A stretch of 32,000 nucleotides of DNA. It comes from Synechococcus elongatus PCC 6301 (GTDB taxonomy: Bacteria > Cyanobacteriota > Cyanobacteriia > Synechococcales > Synechococcaceae). Both the position numbers and the translations under genes were made by a program. Each line of letters begins with the position of its first letter. The first letter of the stretch is position 1. The stretch lies in the NCBI RefSeq assembly GCF_000010065.1, contig NC_006576.1, positions 2,250,001 through 2,282,000 on the forward strand, written 5' to 3'. Below, piece after piece: positions 1-9,322 of the stretch. A model generated the notes under the pieces. That model saw nothing but the letters and a program-made list of their open reading frames with translations. It was not told where the DNA came from and did no database searches.

Positions 1-476
1 CGCTTGGCGATCGCACTTGCGGTTGATCAGCTCCACAATGCCGATGATGTCTTGGCGAGCTGTCTTGAGAGGCAGCACCAAGATCGACTGGGTGCGATAA
101 CCCGTGGCGCTATCGACACGGGGCTGGAAGTGATAGGGCAACCCAAGGGGAAGCTGATAGACATCGGGAACATTCAGCACTTCGCCAGTAGTCGCCACGT
201 AGCCCGCCAAACTATTGCGCAGGATCGGCAGTGGATTGCCCTGGAGTTGAATATCTGGCTGGGAGAAGTTACGGGCCAAACTGCAGATCAGCTCGGGTCC
301 CCGTAAGTCCCAACGCAGCTGGAAGATACTGCCTGCATCCGCTTGGGTCAACGCGATCGCCGTATCCAGAAACAGGCTGAGGGCAGCATCCGTGCTGTGT
401 AGAGCGATCAGGGATTCCCGAAACTGAGTCAGTGGGTTTTCGGCGGGATTGAGAGGGAGCGTCATCGCAGGCATGA
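1..476 (-). CDS. GAF-domain sensor/regulatory protein, N-terminal part (continues off the left edge)
   Basis: Reverse-strand reading from ATG at 476 gives MPAMTLPLNPAENPLTQFRESLIALHSTDAALSLFLDTAIALTQADAGSIFQLRW...SLAGYVATTGEVLNVPDVY...GYRTQSILVLPLKTARQDIIGIVELINRK, a typical GAF pattern. It is open to the window edge, so it is absent from the ORF track. Confidence 0.75.
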
Positions 477-608
477 GGAAGGCGATCGCTGCGCTCAGTC
501 GAGGAGGCGCAAGCAGTCGCAGCTTACCGCCAGCGGCGAGAAATCGCAGTAGGGATCAGGCTTAGGGACTGACTGGGCAGAAAAAGATTAAGAAAAACGT
601 CACAGAAC

Positions 609-626
609 TTTACGTTGTGTTACACT
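609..626 (+). promoter_or_regulatory. HLR1-like direct repeat (putative RpaB site) upstream of the hli gene
   Basis: TTTACGTT-GT-GTTACACT resembles the HLR1 consensus (G/T)TTACA(T/A)(T/A)NN(G/T)TTACA(T/A)(T/A), with one mismatch per half-site, 33 bp upstream of the hli ATG. Confidence 0.5.
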
Positions 627-659
627 TCAAACAGAACAACCAACCAAAAGGAATTCATT

Positions 660-878
660 ATGCGTAGCGGACGGACAGTTGACGAATTCGGTCGTCAGAA
701 TAATTTCGCCATCGAACCTCAAGTGGTTGTTGCTGAAGCAGACGCATCCTGGGGCTTCCATGACCGCGCCGAGAAACTGAATGGTCGCCTGGCGATGATC
801 GGCTTTGTGGCTTTGATCCTGACTGAAGTTGCTTTGGGTCAAGGCCTGCTGCCTTTCCTCGCGAGCGGCTTGAGCTAA
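660..878 (+). CDS. High-light-inducible (Hli/Scp) chlorophyll a/b-binding-like protein
   Basis: [24 protein letters not shown]...[34 protein letters not shown] contains the Hli signature [15 protein letters not shown] at 660 follows an AAGGA motif; the track start at 615 is longer and less likely. Confidence 0.93.
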
Positions 879-1062
879 TTCAGTAGCAGTCAACAACTTA
901 AGATGATGAGTAGGGGCTTGCTGAAGTATCGGCAGGCCTCTATGATTTCGGCTCAGTACCCTTTTGCCATTAGGGGCTTGGAGCTAAAGCAGTTACAGCG
1001 GTAGCTCCAGACGATTCATCGACGGAAAAGGCGGCTCATCATTCACTGCTGCCCGAGGCACC

Positions 1063-1413
1063 ATGGATTGGGATATCCAAATCATCAAGCACTACAGCTC
1101 GACGTCACATTCACGACTACTCAACCAACTGAAGCGCGAACTGCGCGATAACCCCTTACCCCGCCGGGCTCCTACGGCGGCGGCTAACCCGGCCAACGCC
1201 ATGGAACCGCCGCTGCGGATGCCAGCCAAGGGGGGTAACAATCGCCGATTCCGCTATGTTCCTCTGGGTCAAACCGACTCGCGATCGAGTGGTGGTCAGG
1301 CTCAGTCATCCCGTCCCTCGACGAATACTGGAACTGACCCTCGTTACACGACTCCTAGCCCAGCGCCCCAAACCAGCTTTCGCGACCGTCTGCAGGCGGT
1401 AGAAGTGCGCTAG
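1063..1413 (+). CDS. Hypothetical protein, Pro/Ser/Arg-rich low-complexity middle
   Basis: ORF of 116 aa ([27 protein letters not shown]...[12 protein letters not shown]) with non-random ends and sitting between same-strand genes. Confidence 0.6.
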   Translation: MDWDIQIIKHYSSTSHSRLLNQLKRELRDNPLPRRAPTAAANPANAMEPPLRMPAKGGNNRRFRYVPLGQTDSRSSGGQAQSSRPSTNTGTDPRYTTPSPAPQTSFRDRLQAVEVR

Positions 1414-1468
1414 GACAAGACGCGATCGCGGCGGTGATAGCGTAGAGAAGTTATCCAGCCTGAGGCTC

Positions 1469-2104
1469 ATGGCTCCTCTGTCTCTGTCGCTGCCGCTTGA
1501 TCAACTCCGTTTTGACGAGCGAGGACTCCTGCCAGCGATCGCCCAAGATTACTTGGACGGCACCGTGTTGATGTTGGCCTGGATGAATCGAGAGGCGTTA
1601 GAGAAAACGCTAGAAACGGGCGAGGTTTGGTATTGGAGCCGATCGCGTCAGGAACTGTGGCACAAGGGTGCGACTTCCGGCCATTTTCAGAAATTACAAG
1701 CGATTCGCTACGACTGTGACAGTGATGCCCTGCTGCTGACGATCGAGCAGATTGGAGACATTGCTTGTCACACCGGTGAGCGTAGCTGCTTCCATCGCGA
1801 TGTAGACGTTGTGACGCCACCACCTGCCGATATCCTCACGGAGGTCTATCGGGTTGTTTGCGATCGCCGCGATCGCCCCAGCGAAGCTTCCTATACCAGC
1901 AAGCTATTTGCGGGTGGCGACAATAAAATCCTCAAAAAAATTGGTGAGGAAGCCGCTGAAGTGGTGATGGCCTGCAAAGACGATGACGCCGATGGTCTAG
2001 CGGGTGAAGCGGCAGACTTGTTCTTCCACACGCTGGTGGCACTCGCTCAGCACAACGTTGATCTGCGCTCGGTCTATCGCAAGTTGCAAGAGCGTCGCCG
2101 TTAG
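1469..2104 (+). CDS. hisI: Bifunctional phosphoribosyl-AMP cyclohydrolase / phosphoribosyl-ATP pyrophosphatase
   Basis: HisI motifs ([42 protein letters not shown]) followed by a HisE domain ([15 protein letters not shown]...[11 protein letters not shown]). Confidence 0.95.
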   Translation: MAPLSLSLPLDQLRFDERGLLPAIAQDYLDGTVLMLAWMNREALEKTLETGEVWYWSRSRQELWHKGATSGHFQKLQAIRYDCDSDALLLTIEQIGDIACHTGERSCFHRDVDVVTPPPADILTEVYRVVCDRRDRPSEASYTSKLFAGGDNKILKKIGEEAAEVVMACKDDDADGLAGEAADLFFHTLVALAQHNVDLRSVYRKLQERRR

Positions 2105-2133
2105 TTCTGGTAACCAGCGCTGCCTGAACTTAG

Positions 2134-2850
2134 CTACAGCTCATCGAAGCTGTGAATTGTCGTCCAGTCACCGATTTCGACAGTAGCATTGCCCGGTCGT
2201 AGAGACAGGCGGGTCTGGAAGCCAGCTGTTGCCGCAGCCTCAAGTTCTGCTGGAATATCTGAGACAAATAGAACTTGCGCCGGCGCTTTCCCGAGTTGCG
2301 CCGCGATCGCGCCGTAACTTGCTGCCTCCCGTTTGGGGCCAGTCCGAGTGTCGAAATAACCGCTGAGATGAGGGCTGAGGTCGCCAGCTTCGCTGTAGCC
2401 AAAGAGCAGTTGCTGGGCTTGGACGCTACCGGAGGAGAAAATTGCGATCGCCAGTCCGGCCGCTTGCCAACGCTGAAAAGCTGGCAGTACATCGGCAAAG
2501 AGTTGCCCTTTAATCTCGCCGCTGACGTAGCCCTGCTCCCAGATCTTGCCTTGCAAGGACTTCAGCCCTGTCGATTTGCGATCGCTGTCGATTAGCCACT
2601 GGATGTAGGGTACTGCGGCGATCGCGTCTTCCCCAGCCCAATCAGGAAGTTCGGCGGCGGCCTCCTGCGCGTATTCCTGCCGCAGCAAGTCGAGGTCGGC
2701 TTGAACCTCGGGATCCGCACCCTGAGTTGCTAAGAAGTCGGCAACGCGATCGCGGGCGTAGGGGAACAGCACCTTGAAGACAAAATCGACGGGTGTCGTT
2801 GTGCCTTCAATGTCGAGCAGCAGCGTGGTGATTGAAACAGGAAGAGGCAT
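2134..2850 (-). CDS. mtnC: Enolase-phosphatase E1 (methionine salvage)
   Basis: LLLDIEGTTTPVDFV...LFPYAR N-terminus and C-terminal ...DTRTGPKREAASYGAIAAQLG...VLFVSDIPAELEAAATAGFQT, a HAD-type E1 pattern. Confidence 0.93.
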   Translation of the reverse strand: MPLPVSITTLLLDIEGTTTPVDFVFKVLFPYARDRVADFLATQGADPEVQADLDLLRQEYAQEAAAELPDWAGEDAIAAVPYIQWLIDSDRKSTGLKSLQGKIWEQGYVSGEIKGQLFADVLPAFQRWQAAGLAIAIFSSGSVQAQQLLFGYSEAGDLSPHLSGYFDTRTGPKREAASYGAIAAQLGKAPAQVLFVSDIPAELEAAATAGFQTRLSLRPGNATVEIGDWTTIHSFDEL

Positions 2851-2855
2851 GGCTG

Positions 2856-3476
2856 TTAGTGAGGAAGGAGAGTGAGCTCGCGGTAGTGCAGTTCCAGCAG
2901 GAATTCTAGGATCTCAACATGTCGCCGCGCCGCAAACAGACTATTGCCCCAGGCATAGAGGCCGTGGCCTGCAATCAACACGCCCCAGGGTGGTGCAGCT
3001 TGGAGCTGCGGTAGGACAGCCTGGCTGAGGGCTGCCATATCTTGATCGTTGGGAAACACCGGCAGGTGAACTTCAGTCTCGTGAGTGGTGATGCCCTCCA
3101 GCCCCTTCTGCATTTCGTAGCCGGAGAAGGCGATCGCGCCAGTAACTTCCGCTCGCCGCGAGAGTAGAGTCGCGATCGGGGAATGGGTGTGGAGCACTGA
3201 GGCTGCGCCTGTTTGCTGAATGATCGCTAGATGCAGTAGTGTTTCTGCTGAAGCTTTGCCATTGCCTGTTACCACCTGACTTTTGGCGTCCACTTCAATT
3301 AGTTCATCGGGCTGCACGAGTCCTTTATCGACCCCACTAGGAGCCATCAGCAACCGGAGTGGATCGCGGCGCGTGACCAGACTAAAGTTGCCACCGGTGC
3401 CTGTGGCCCAGCCTCGTTTGTGTAGGTCTTGAATCACCCAACTGAGGGCTTGGCGTGGGTCAGAAGAACTGAGCAT
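2856..3476 (-). CDS. mtnB: Methylthioribulose-1-phosphate dehydratase
   Basis: Class II aldolase-like fold motifs: GWATGTGGNFS, SAETLLH, VLHTHSPIATLLS, GYEMQKGLEG, LIAGHGLYAWG. 5 bp upstream of mtnC on the same strand. Confidence 0.92.
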   Translation of the reverse strand: MLSSSDPRQALSWVIQDLHKRGWATGTGGNFSLVTRRDPLRLLMAPSGVDKGLVQPDELIEVDAKSQVVTGNGKASAETLLHLAIIQQTGAASVLHTHSPIATLLSRRAEVTGAIAFSGYEMQKGLEGITTHETEVHLPVFPNDQDMAALSQAVLPQLQAAPPWGVLIAGHGLYAWGNSLFAARRHVEILEFLLELHYRELTLLPH

Positions 3477-3595
3477 GAACGTTGATCAAAGCCGGGCAAC
3501 AGCATAGCGAAGAACGGCGATCGCTGCGGGTATCCCCGGCGCTTGGCAAGGGTCGGCCTTGGCAGCGAGGATGGGAAAATGTCTCGCAATCTGCC

Positions 3596-4642
3596 ATGAG
3601 CCCCTTTCAAAGCCTTCTGTGGACGGGTAGCCAACTCCGACTACTCGATCAGCGATCGCTCCCACAGGAAACTCAGTATCGGTACTACGACACGGCGGCA
3701 GGGGTCGCTCAGGCGATTCAAGACATGGTGGTGCGAGGGGCGCCGGCGATCGGGGTGGCTGCAGCTTTTGGTTTGGTTCTGACCAGCCAGCAGAGTGCAA
3801 TGACCGATTCTGCAGACTTGCGGGCACAACTGGCGATCGCAGCGGAGACCCTGAAAGCAGCACGCCCGACTGCCGTCAATTTGGCTTGGGCCGTTGACCG
3901 GATGTTAGCGGCGATCGCAAATCCTGATTTAGAGGCGGCGGCGATTCATGCCACGCTGCTAGCGGCGGCACAGCAGCTCTACGACGAGGATGTGGCGGTC
4001 AATCGTCAAATTGGCCTGAATGCGCAGGCGCTGATTCCGCAGCAAGCCAACGTCATTCACCATTGCAATACCGGCGCTTTGGCTACGGTGGACTACGGCA
4101 CTGCCTTGGGTATCATCCGCATTGCCCACGAGCAGGGTAAGCAGATTCATGCCTATCTTGATGAGACTCGTCCGCGCCTACAAGGTGCCAACCTTTCGGC
4201 CTTCGAATTGCAGGCTTACGGTGTGCCCCACACAGTCATTGTCGATGGGGCTTCTGGATTTTTGATGCGACAGCAGCAGATTGATTGCTGTCTAGTTGGT
4301 TGCGATCGCGTCACGGCTAACGGTGATGTGGCTAACAAGATCGGCACCTACAATTTGGCACTAGCAGCGAAGGCGCATGGTGTGCCTTTCTACGTGGCCT
4401 GCCCAATCAGCACGATCGATCGCAGTTTAGCGACAGGCGCTGAAATTGAAATTGAGGAGCGGGACGGTCGAGAAATTACCGAAATTCGAGGTCAGGCGAT
4501 CGCGCCTGCTGGAACAAAGACTTGGAATCCAGCCTTTGACATCACGCCTGCAGAACTGGTGACAGCAATCATCACCGAGCGCGGGATTCTCTATCCACCC
4601 TACGGCCAGGCACTTGAACAAGTGTTAATCAATCCAGGTTAG
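3596..4642 (+). CDS. mtnA: S-methyl-5-thioribose-1-phosphate isomerase
   Basis: [23 protein letters not shown]...[19 protein letters not shown]...[21 protein letters not shown]...[17 protein letters not shown]...[22 protein letters not shown] at 3596 chosen over the upstream in-frame start at 3482. Confidence 0.94.
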
Positions 4643-4708
4643 ATGACTGGAAGTCTTGAGCGTCCTTGGTACAGTGGGCACGTTTCAGATCTGAGTTGAG
4701 GCGATCGA

Positions 4709-5110
4709 ATGACTTCTCGTCGTGGGCGAGCTGTTGGCTTTATTCGTGATTTTCAAGCGTTTATTCTCAAGGGCAATGTTGTCGAATTGGCAGTCGCCGT
4801 GATTATTGGCGGTGCTTTCAATAAGATTGTGAGCTCTTTTGTGGGCGATTTAGTGATGCCACTTGTCAATCCCCTGATTCCAGGAGGAGACTGGCGAACA
4901 GCAGTCATTGGCCCCGGACTCAAAATCGGCAGCTTTGCTGGGTCGGTCATTGATTTTCTGATCATTGCCTTTGTTCTCTACCTTGCCATCCGAGCGATCG
5001 AGCGCTTCAAGCGCAAGGAAGAAGCTGTTGTAGCAGCCGCAGAACCGGATGTTCAACAGCAAATGTTGGCAACACTTGAGCGAATTGCAGACAACCTCGA
5101 AGCTCGTTAA
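4709..5110 (+). CDS. mscL: Large-conductance mechanosensitive channel MscL
   Basis: FIRDFQAFILKGNVVELAVAVIIGGAFNKIVSSFVGDLVMPLVNPLI... plus a second TM region, FLIIAFVLYLAIRAIERFKRKEE. Confidence 0.96.
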   Translation: MTSRRGRAVGFIRDFQAFILKGNVVELAVAVIIGGAFNKIVSSFVGDLVMPLVNPLIPGGDWRTAVIGPGLKIGSFAGSVIDFLIIAFVLYLAIRAIERFKRKEEAVVAAAEPDVQQQMLATLERIADNLEAR

Positions 5111-5139
5111 GTCCTAAAACTAAACTAGATGCAATCCCG

Positions 5140-5167
5140 AAAGGCTCAATGACTTGGGCCTTTTTGT
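5140..5167 (+). terminator. Rho-independent-type terminator downstream of mscL
   Basis: AAAGGCTCAA-TGAC-TTGGGCCTTT: 10-bp stem with one G-U pair, tetraloop and T-rich tail (TTTTTGTGTTTT). Confidence 0.85.
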
Positions 5168-5502
5168 GTTTTAGGAGCTTCTATGGCAGTAATTGTTTCA
5201 GTTTAGACAGTCTCCCGAGAGAAAATAAGGGACTTAGTTCCCTTGCCCTAAAGAATAGTCATCTTGGTCAAATGTCTTCGCTAAATTAGAGAATGCAACA
5301 CAATAATCATCAAATTTAGTTTTATTTCAAAGTGATTGAAACAAAATGATTGTCGGTCTGATTTTTGAATAAGGGATTGTTGTTGATCAGCCCTGAGTCT
5401 GTGGATTTGAATGCTCTGAAGAGCAAAAGTATGAATTAACAATGAAATTTTCAGGATAAATAAAGGTGATAGGGTGACTAAAGTCTTGCCCTTTCTGGCG
5501 CT

Positions 5503-6165
5503 GTGAACATCCCTTCCTTACTGGCGATCGATCCTAATTTTCTCAAAGGCTTTACGAGTGGCCTCATTTTTATCAGCATTGCTGAATTAGGGGATAAGAC
5601 ATTTCTGATTGCAGCTCTGCTAGCGATGCGTCACCGTCGCCGTTGGGTGCTGTTGGGAACGGTGCTGGCTTTGGCCTTGATGACCATCTTATCGGTGGCG
5701 ATCGGACAGTTGGCCAACCAACTCTTGCCTGAGACTTGGGTGCGTTGGGCTGAAGTGGCCTTTTTTGCAATTTTTGGCCTGAAGCTTTGGCGAGATTCCT
5801 TGGGGATGCCCCAGGTCGGAGACAGTGCAGAGGAGGAAGAAGCTGAAGAATTGGTGCTGGGGGCTGAAGCCAAGCTCGGGAAGCAGGTGACAGTTTTTAC
5901 AGTCGTTTCAGAAGCTTTTAGCCTTGTTTTTGTGGCGGAATGGGGCGATCGCACCCAATTCACAACGATGGCGTTAGCAGCGGCTGGCAATGCTTGGGGT
6001 GTTGCCCTGGGTGCCATTTTGGGACACGCGATTGTTGCTGTCATCGCCGTTAATGTCGGCCGTTGGGTCAGTCGTCATATTTCTGAGCGAGTCTTGACCC
6101 AAATTAGTGCTGGGTTATTTTTACTTTTTGCTGCGATTGCCTTGTGGGGCATTGTGTCGAAATAA
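5503..6165 (+). CDS. TMEM165/GDT1 (UPF0016) family cation transporter, probable manganese exporter
   Basis: Two E-x-G-D-(K/R)-(T/S) motifs, AELGDKTFLIAALLAMRH and AEWGDRTQFTTMALAAAG, with an acidic inter-repeat loop (EEEEAEE). GTG start at 5503. Confidence 0.88.
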   Translation: MNIPSLLAIDPNFLKGFTSGLIFISIAELGDKTFLIAALLAMRHRRRWVLLGTVLALALMTILSVAIGQLANQLLPETWVRWAEVAFFAIFGLKLWRDSLGMPQVGDSAEEEEAEELVLGAEAKLGKQVTVFTVVSEAFSLVFVAEWGDRTQFTTMALAAAGNAWGVALGAILGHAIVAVIAVNVGRWVSRHISERVLTQISAGLFLLFAAIALWGIVSK

Positions 6166-6211
6166 GTGATGAGGCGCTCTACACTGAGGATGCGACATTT
6201 GACTGCTGACT

Positions 6212-7123
6212 ATGGCAAAGAATCGTCACCAGCAAGTTCGATATGTTCTCTTGCTGACACTTGCTCTCAACCTTTTGGTTGTGGTGATCAAAGCTGGAGT
6301 TGGCCTATTTACAGGCTCACTAAGCCTCTTGGCAGACGCTCTGCATAGCGTGACAGATAGTGTCAATAATATCCTGGGCTTGTTGACGAATCAGCTCTCT
6401 GCCGCAGAACCCGATCGCGATCATCCCTACGGCCATCACAAATACGAAGCCATCGGTGCTTTGGGGATTGCTGCTTTTCTAGGGATCACCTGTTTTGAAA
6501 TTATTCGGGGGGCGATCGAACGACTGATTACTCCCGGCGATCCCATCACAATTACCTCCACTGATCTATGGCTACTACTCATTGTTTTAGGAGTTAATAT
6601 CTACGTTGCTTTCTATGAGCGATCAGTTGGTAAACGCCTCGGCAGTCAAATCTTGATTGCTGACGCCTATCACACGATGAGCGACATTTGGATTACGATC
6701 GTTGTCTTGATAGGGCTGCTTGGAATTCGCTTCTTTAACTTGCAGTGGCTTGATATTGTCCTGTCACTCCCTGTTGCTGTCCTCGTGCTGCGTAGTAGCT
6801 GGATCGTACTCAAGAGCAATTTGCCTTGGCTGGTGGATGAAATTGCGGTTGCCCCTGAAGCCATTCACCAAGTGGTGACCAGTGTGCCTGGGGTGGTCAA
6901 TTGTCATGACATTGCCTCTCGGGGACTATTGGGTCGCCAAATCTTTGTGGATATGCATCTGATTGTCGATGCACCCGATGTTTTAACCGCCCACCAAATT
7001 ACTGAGGCAGTCGAGGCGAGACTCGCAGAACGCTACGCCCCCATCCGCGTTACCATTCATGTCGAGCCACCCAACTACCAATCCACCCAAATCACCTATG
7101 GCTCTGATACACAAAATGCTTGA
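6212..7123 (+). CDS. Cation diffusion facilitator (CDF) family efflux protein
   Basis: GLFTGSLSLLADALHSVTDSVNNILGL, DHPYGHHKYEA and LIADAYHTMSDIW match CDF metal-site motifs. Confidence 0.93.
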   Translation: MAKNRHQQVRYVLLLTLALNLLVVVIKAGVGLFTGSLSLLADALHSVTDSVNNILGLLTNQLSAAEPDRDHPYGHHKYEAIGALGIAAFLGITCFEIIRGAIERLITPGDPITITSTDLWLLLIVLGVNIYVAFYERSVGKRLGSQILIADAYHTMSDIWITIVVLIGLLGIRFFNLQWLDIVLSLPVAVLVLRSSWIVLKSNLPWLVDEIAVAPEAIHQVVTSVPGVVNCHDIASRGLLGRQIFVDMHLIVDAPDVLTAHQITEAVEARLAERYAPIRVTIHVEPPNYQSTQITYGSDTQNA

Positions 7124-7172
7124 TATTCCTGCCGTATAATTGTCGTCCTTCTGCTTTAGTCATTTGCAGGCT

Positions 7173-8306
7173 ATGTCATCACTCCAACGTTGGGTTGTTC
7201 CATTGACGGTGGCCTTGTGCTGTCTAAACAGTTCTGTTCCCCGGGCGATCGCAGCGACTGAGTTGCAAGCCCCTGCCAGTACAGCGATTGAAGCCCCCCT
7301 GCCAGCTAAAATCCTGCAACCCTTGTCTCGCTCGGCCAGTGCTAACCCTCGGCTAGCGGCTTATCAATCGGGGGCGACCCTCGCAGACTTGCCAGAAGCC
7401 ACTGTTTTGAGTTTTGACCCGCGCTGGGTGCGAATGGATCTCCTTGAAGGCTGGGATCAGGAAGAGGCGGCTTTTAAGGATGGTGGAGCCTTGGCCTTTG
7501 TCTCCGGCCCGATGTATGAGCGGGTTGTAGATGAGAAAACGGGGCAGGAAATTGGGGTCGCACTCGGCGATATGAAGTTTGGGCGATCGATTACCTGGGC
7601 CCGTAATCGAGCAGCAGCGCGGGAACGTGCCTATGTCGGTGTTACCCAAAATGGTCGGGTCGAATTTGGCTATGGTGCCTTAACGCCAGAACGGCAACTT
7701 CGCTACGAAACCTTTATCGGCGGCCTGCATGCTATCTACAACGATACTCAACCGCAGCCGCCGGAATATCGTGGGGGCTACAACAGCGGTATCCAACAGG
7801 AATTTCGTTATTTTTTACCACGTATCCGGATTATCTATGGCCTCCGACCCGATGGTCAGTTTTCATTCTTTATGAGTAAAGAAGGTATGACCATGAATGA
7901 GGCGATTACCCTATCGCGTCGCCTCGGCTATTTGGCAGCCTATATGCCCGATCATGCTTCGAAATCCCGCTTAATTATTCCCGGTGAGAAACCCTTTTCA
8001 TCTGAAGATGCTGACTGGATGAGTAATGGCGTTTTGAACTATGCTCACGTTCCTTTCTTGGTGCGTATGACACCGCGCCGAGCACCAGTCGGTTTTGTGC
8101 GAAATCAGCGACTGAGTATTCGTGCTCGAGTTCAACGGGATGAACTTTGTCAGGAATGGCGCGGTTGTGACTGGCCATCAATGGTTATCCGTATTCGCGA
8201 TCGCCTCCGCGATCGCGCGATCATTGCGGTTGACCAAGCTGTTAGACAGCAGCTACAACCAGCGCTTGATCGCTTCTGGGCTTGGACCGGAGGATCTAGC
8301 CTCTAA
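7173..8306 (+). CDS. Hypothetical exported protein
   Basis: Long ORF with signal-peptide-like start MSSLQRWVVPLTVALCCLNSSVPRAIAATE; no family recognised. Confidence 0.8.
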   Translation: MSSLQRWVVPLTVALCCLNSSVPRAIAATELQAPASTAIEAPLPAKILQPLSRSASANPRLAAYQSGATLADLPEATVLSFDPRWVRMDLLEGWDQEEAAFKDGGALAFVSGPMYERVVDEKTGQEIGVALGDMKFGRSITWARNRAAARERAYVGVTQNGRVEFGYGALTPERQLRYETFIGGLHAIYNDTQPQPPEYRGGYNSGIQQEFRYFLPRIRIIYGLRPDGQFSFFMSKEGMTMNEAITLSRRLGYLAAYMPDHASKSRLIIPGEKPFSSEDADWMSNGVLNYAHVPFLVRMTPRRAPVGFVRNQRLSIRARVQRDELCQEWRGCDWPSMVIRIRDRLRDRAIIAVDQAVRQQLQPALDRFWAWTGGSSL

Positions 8307-8358
8307 GCAACACCAACTCTTGCATTCTGTTGGAGTCTAGATGGTTACTGAGCGAAGG

Positions 8359-8643
8359 CTAACGGCGTCGGTTAGCGATCGCGCCCAACAGGAGTCTCAC
8401 GGCTACTTCTACTAAGACCCCCACGACTGTGGCGATTACCGCTCCCAGCTAGATGCCCAATCAGCTAATCGCGATCGCTCCTGCTAACTCGAAGAAACTG
8501 GAAGTCCCGATCCGCGCCACAGGATCTGCTTGGCTGTAGGGCAGTTTACAGTGCCAAGCCTAGGTGTAGCCGATCGTAAACATCAGCAAACTTTGCAGCA
8601 GGATGGGCTCTGCAATGAGGGTAATAATCTGGGTCTGAGCCAG
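8359..8643 (-). pseudogene. Decayed ACR3-family arsenite permease fragment
   Basis: Single-frame reverse translation: [91 protein letters not shown]. It resembles the ACR3 C-terminal region (IGTSNFFELAVAVAI...[26 protein letters not shown]) with no indel but three internal stops. Confidence 0.75.
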
Positions 8644-8896
8644 AGACCTTAGAGGTAAAAGTGGTGTACTCATTACCGCTTTCGATCGTATGAAATTCAG
8701 TCTGAAATATCCCTGCCTCTTGAACGAGTTGATCTGTTCAACCGATCAAGCACTCTCCTGGATTGGTGCGGCAACCATAGGTGCCAACCCAGACGCGACT
8801 GTTGGCTGAAAGCCCATAAAAAACCCAGTCAGCAGATGCTGGCTGGATAGGGTGAGAGAAGGAGAGCGATCGCAATTAGCGGTGAGCCGTTGGGAT

Positions 8897-9211
8897 TTAG
8901 CTGGGGTTAATGGCTGGATTACTAAATGAGAGCTCAGCCGGTGTCGTCATGCTAGATTCTGCACTCGCTTCGAGGGGACGTAGCTCAATATGGTTGAGCA
9001 ATGTCGTCACAAAGGCAAAGAGTAGGAACGGTAGCGAAACCACAAGAATCAAGCCAACAGTTGTGAGTGCATAGATGGGTTGTTGAGCACCCATCAAGGC
9101 TAGAGCCGCGGCTAGACTCAGCAAAATAACGATAATCCAGGTAATAATCTGACCGTAAATGTCGCCAAATGTGAGCGTGCAGGCGACACGATAACGTTTT
9201 AGTCGATCCAT
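8897..9211 (-). CDS. Small membrane protein, hypothetical
   Basis: MDRLKRYRVACTLTFGDIYGQIITWIIVILLSLAAALALMG...LTTVGLILVVSLPFLLFAFVTTLLNHIEL, two predicted TM stretches. Confidence 0.65.
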   Translation of the reverse strand: MDRLKRYRVACTLTFGDIYGQIITWIIVILLSLAAALALMGAQQPIYALTTVGLILVVSLPFLLFAFVTTLLNHIELRPLEASAESSMTTPAELSFSNPAINPS

Positions 9212-9322
9212 AGCAGCGGAATTTTGGCAGGATGCTCCCAGCCTAGATTCCCTAATCCGAGGACTGAGAAAACGCAATGATTGTTCAAGGTGAAATGAAG
9301 AAAGATGTCTTGATCTAGATGG

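Noticed and set aside
4-306. 100-aa plus-strand ORF at the left edge
   Set aside because: Antisense to a clear GAF-domain coding frame on the minus strand.
5400-5502. Possible yybP-ykoY manganese riboswitch before the GDT1-family gene
   Set aside because: I could not find the conserved core of that riboswitch class; only simple hairpins are visible. An Infernal scan would settle it.
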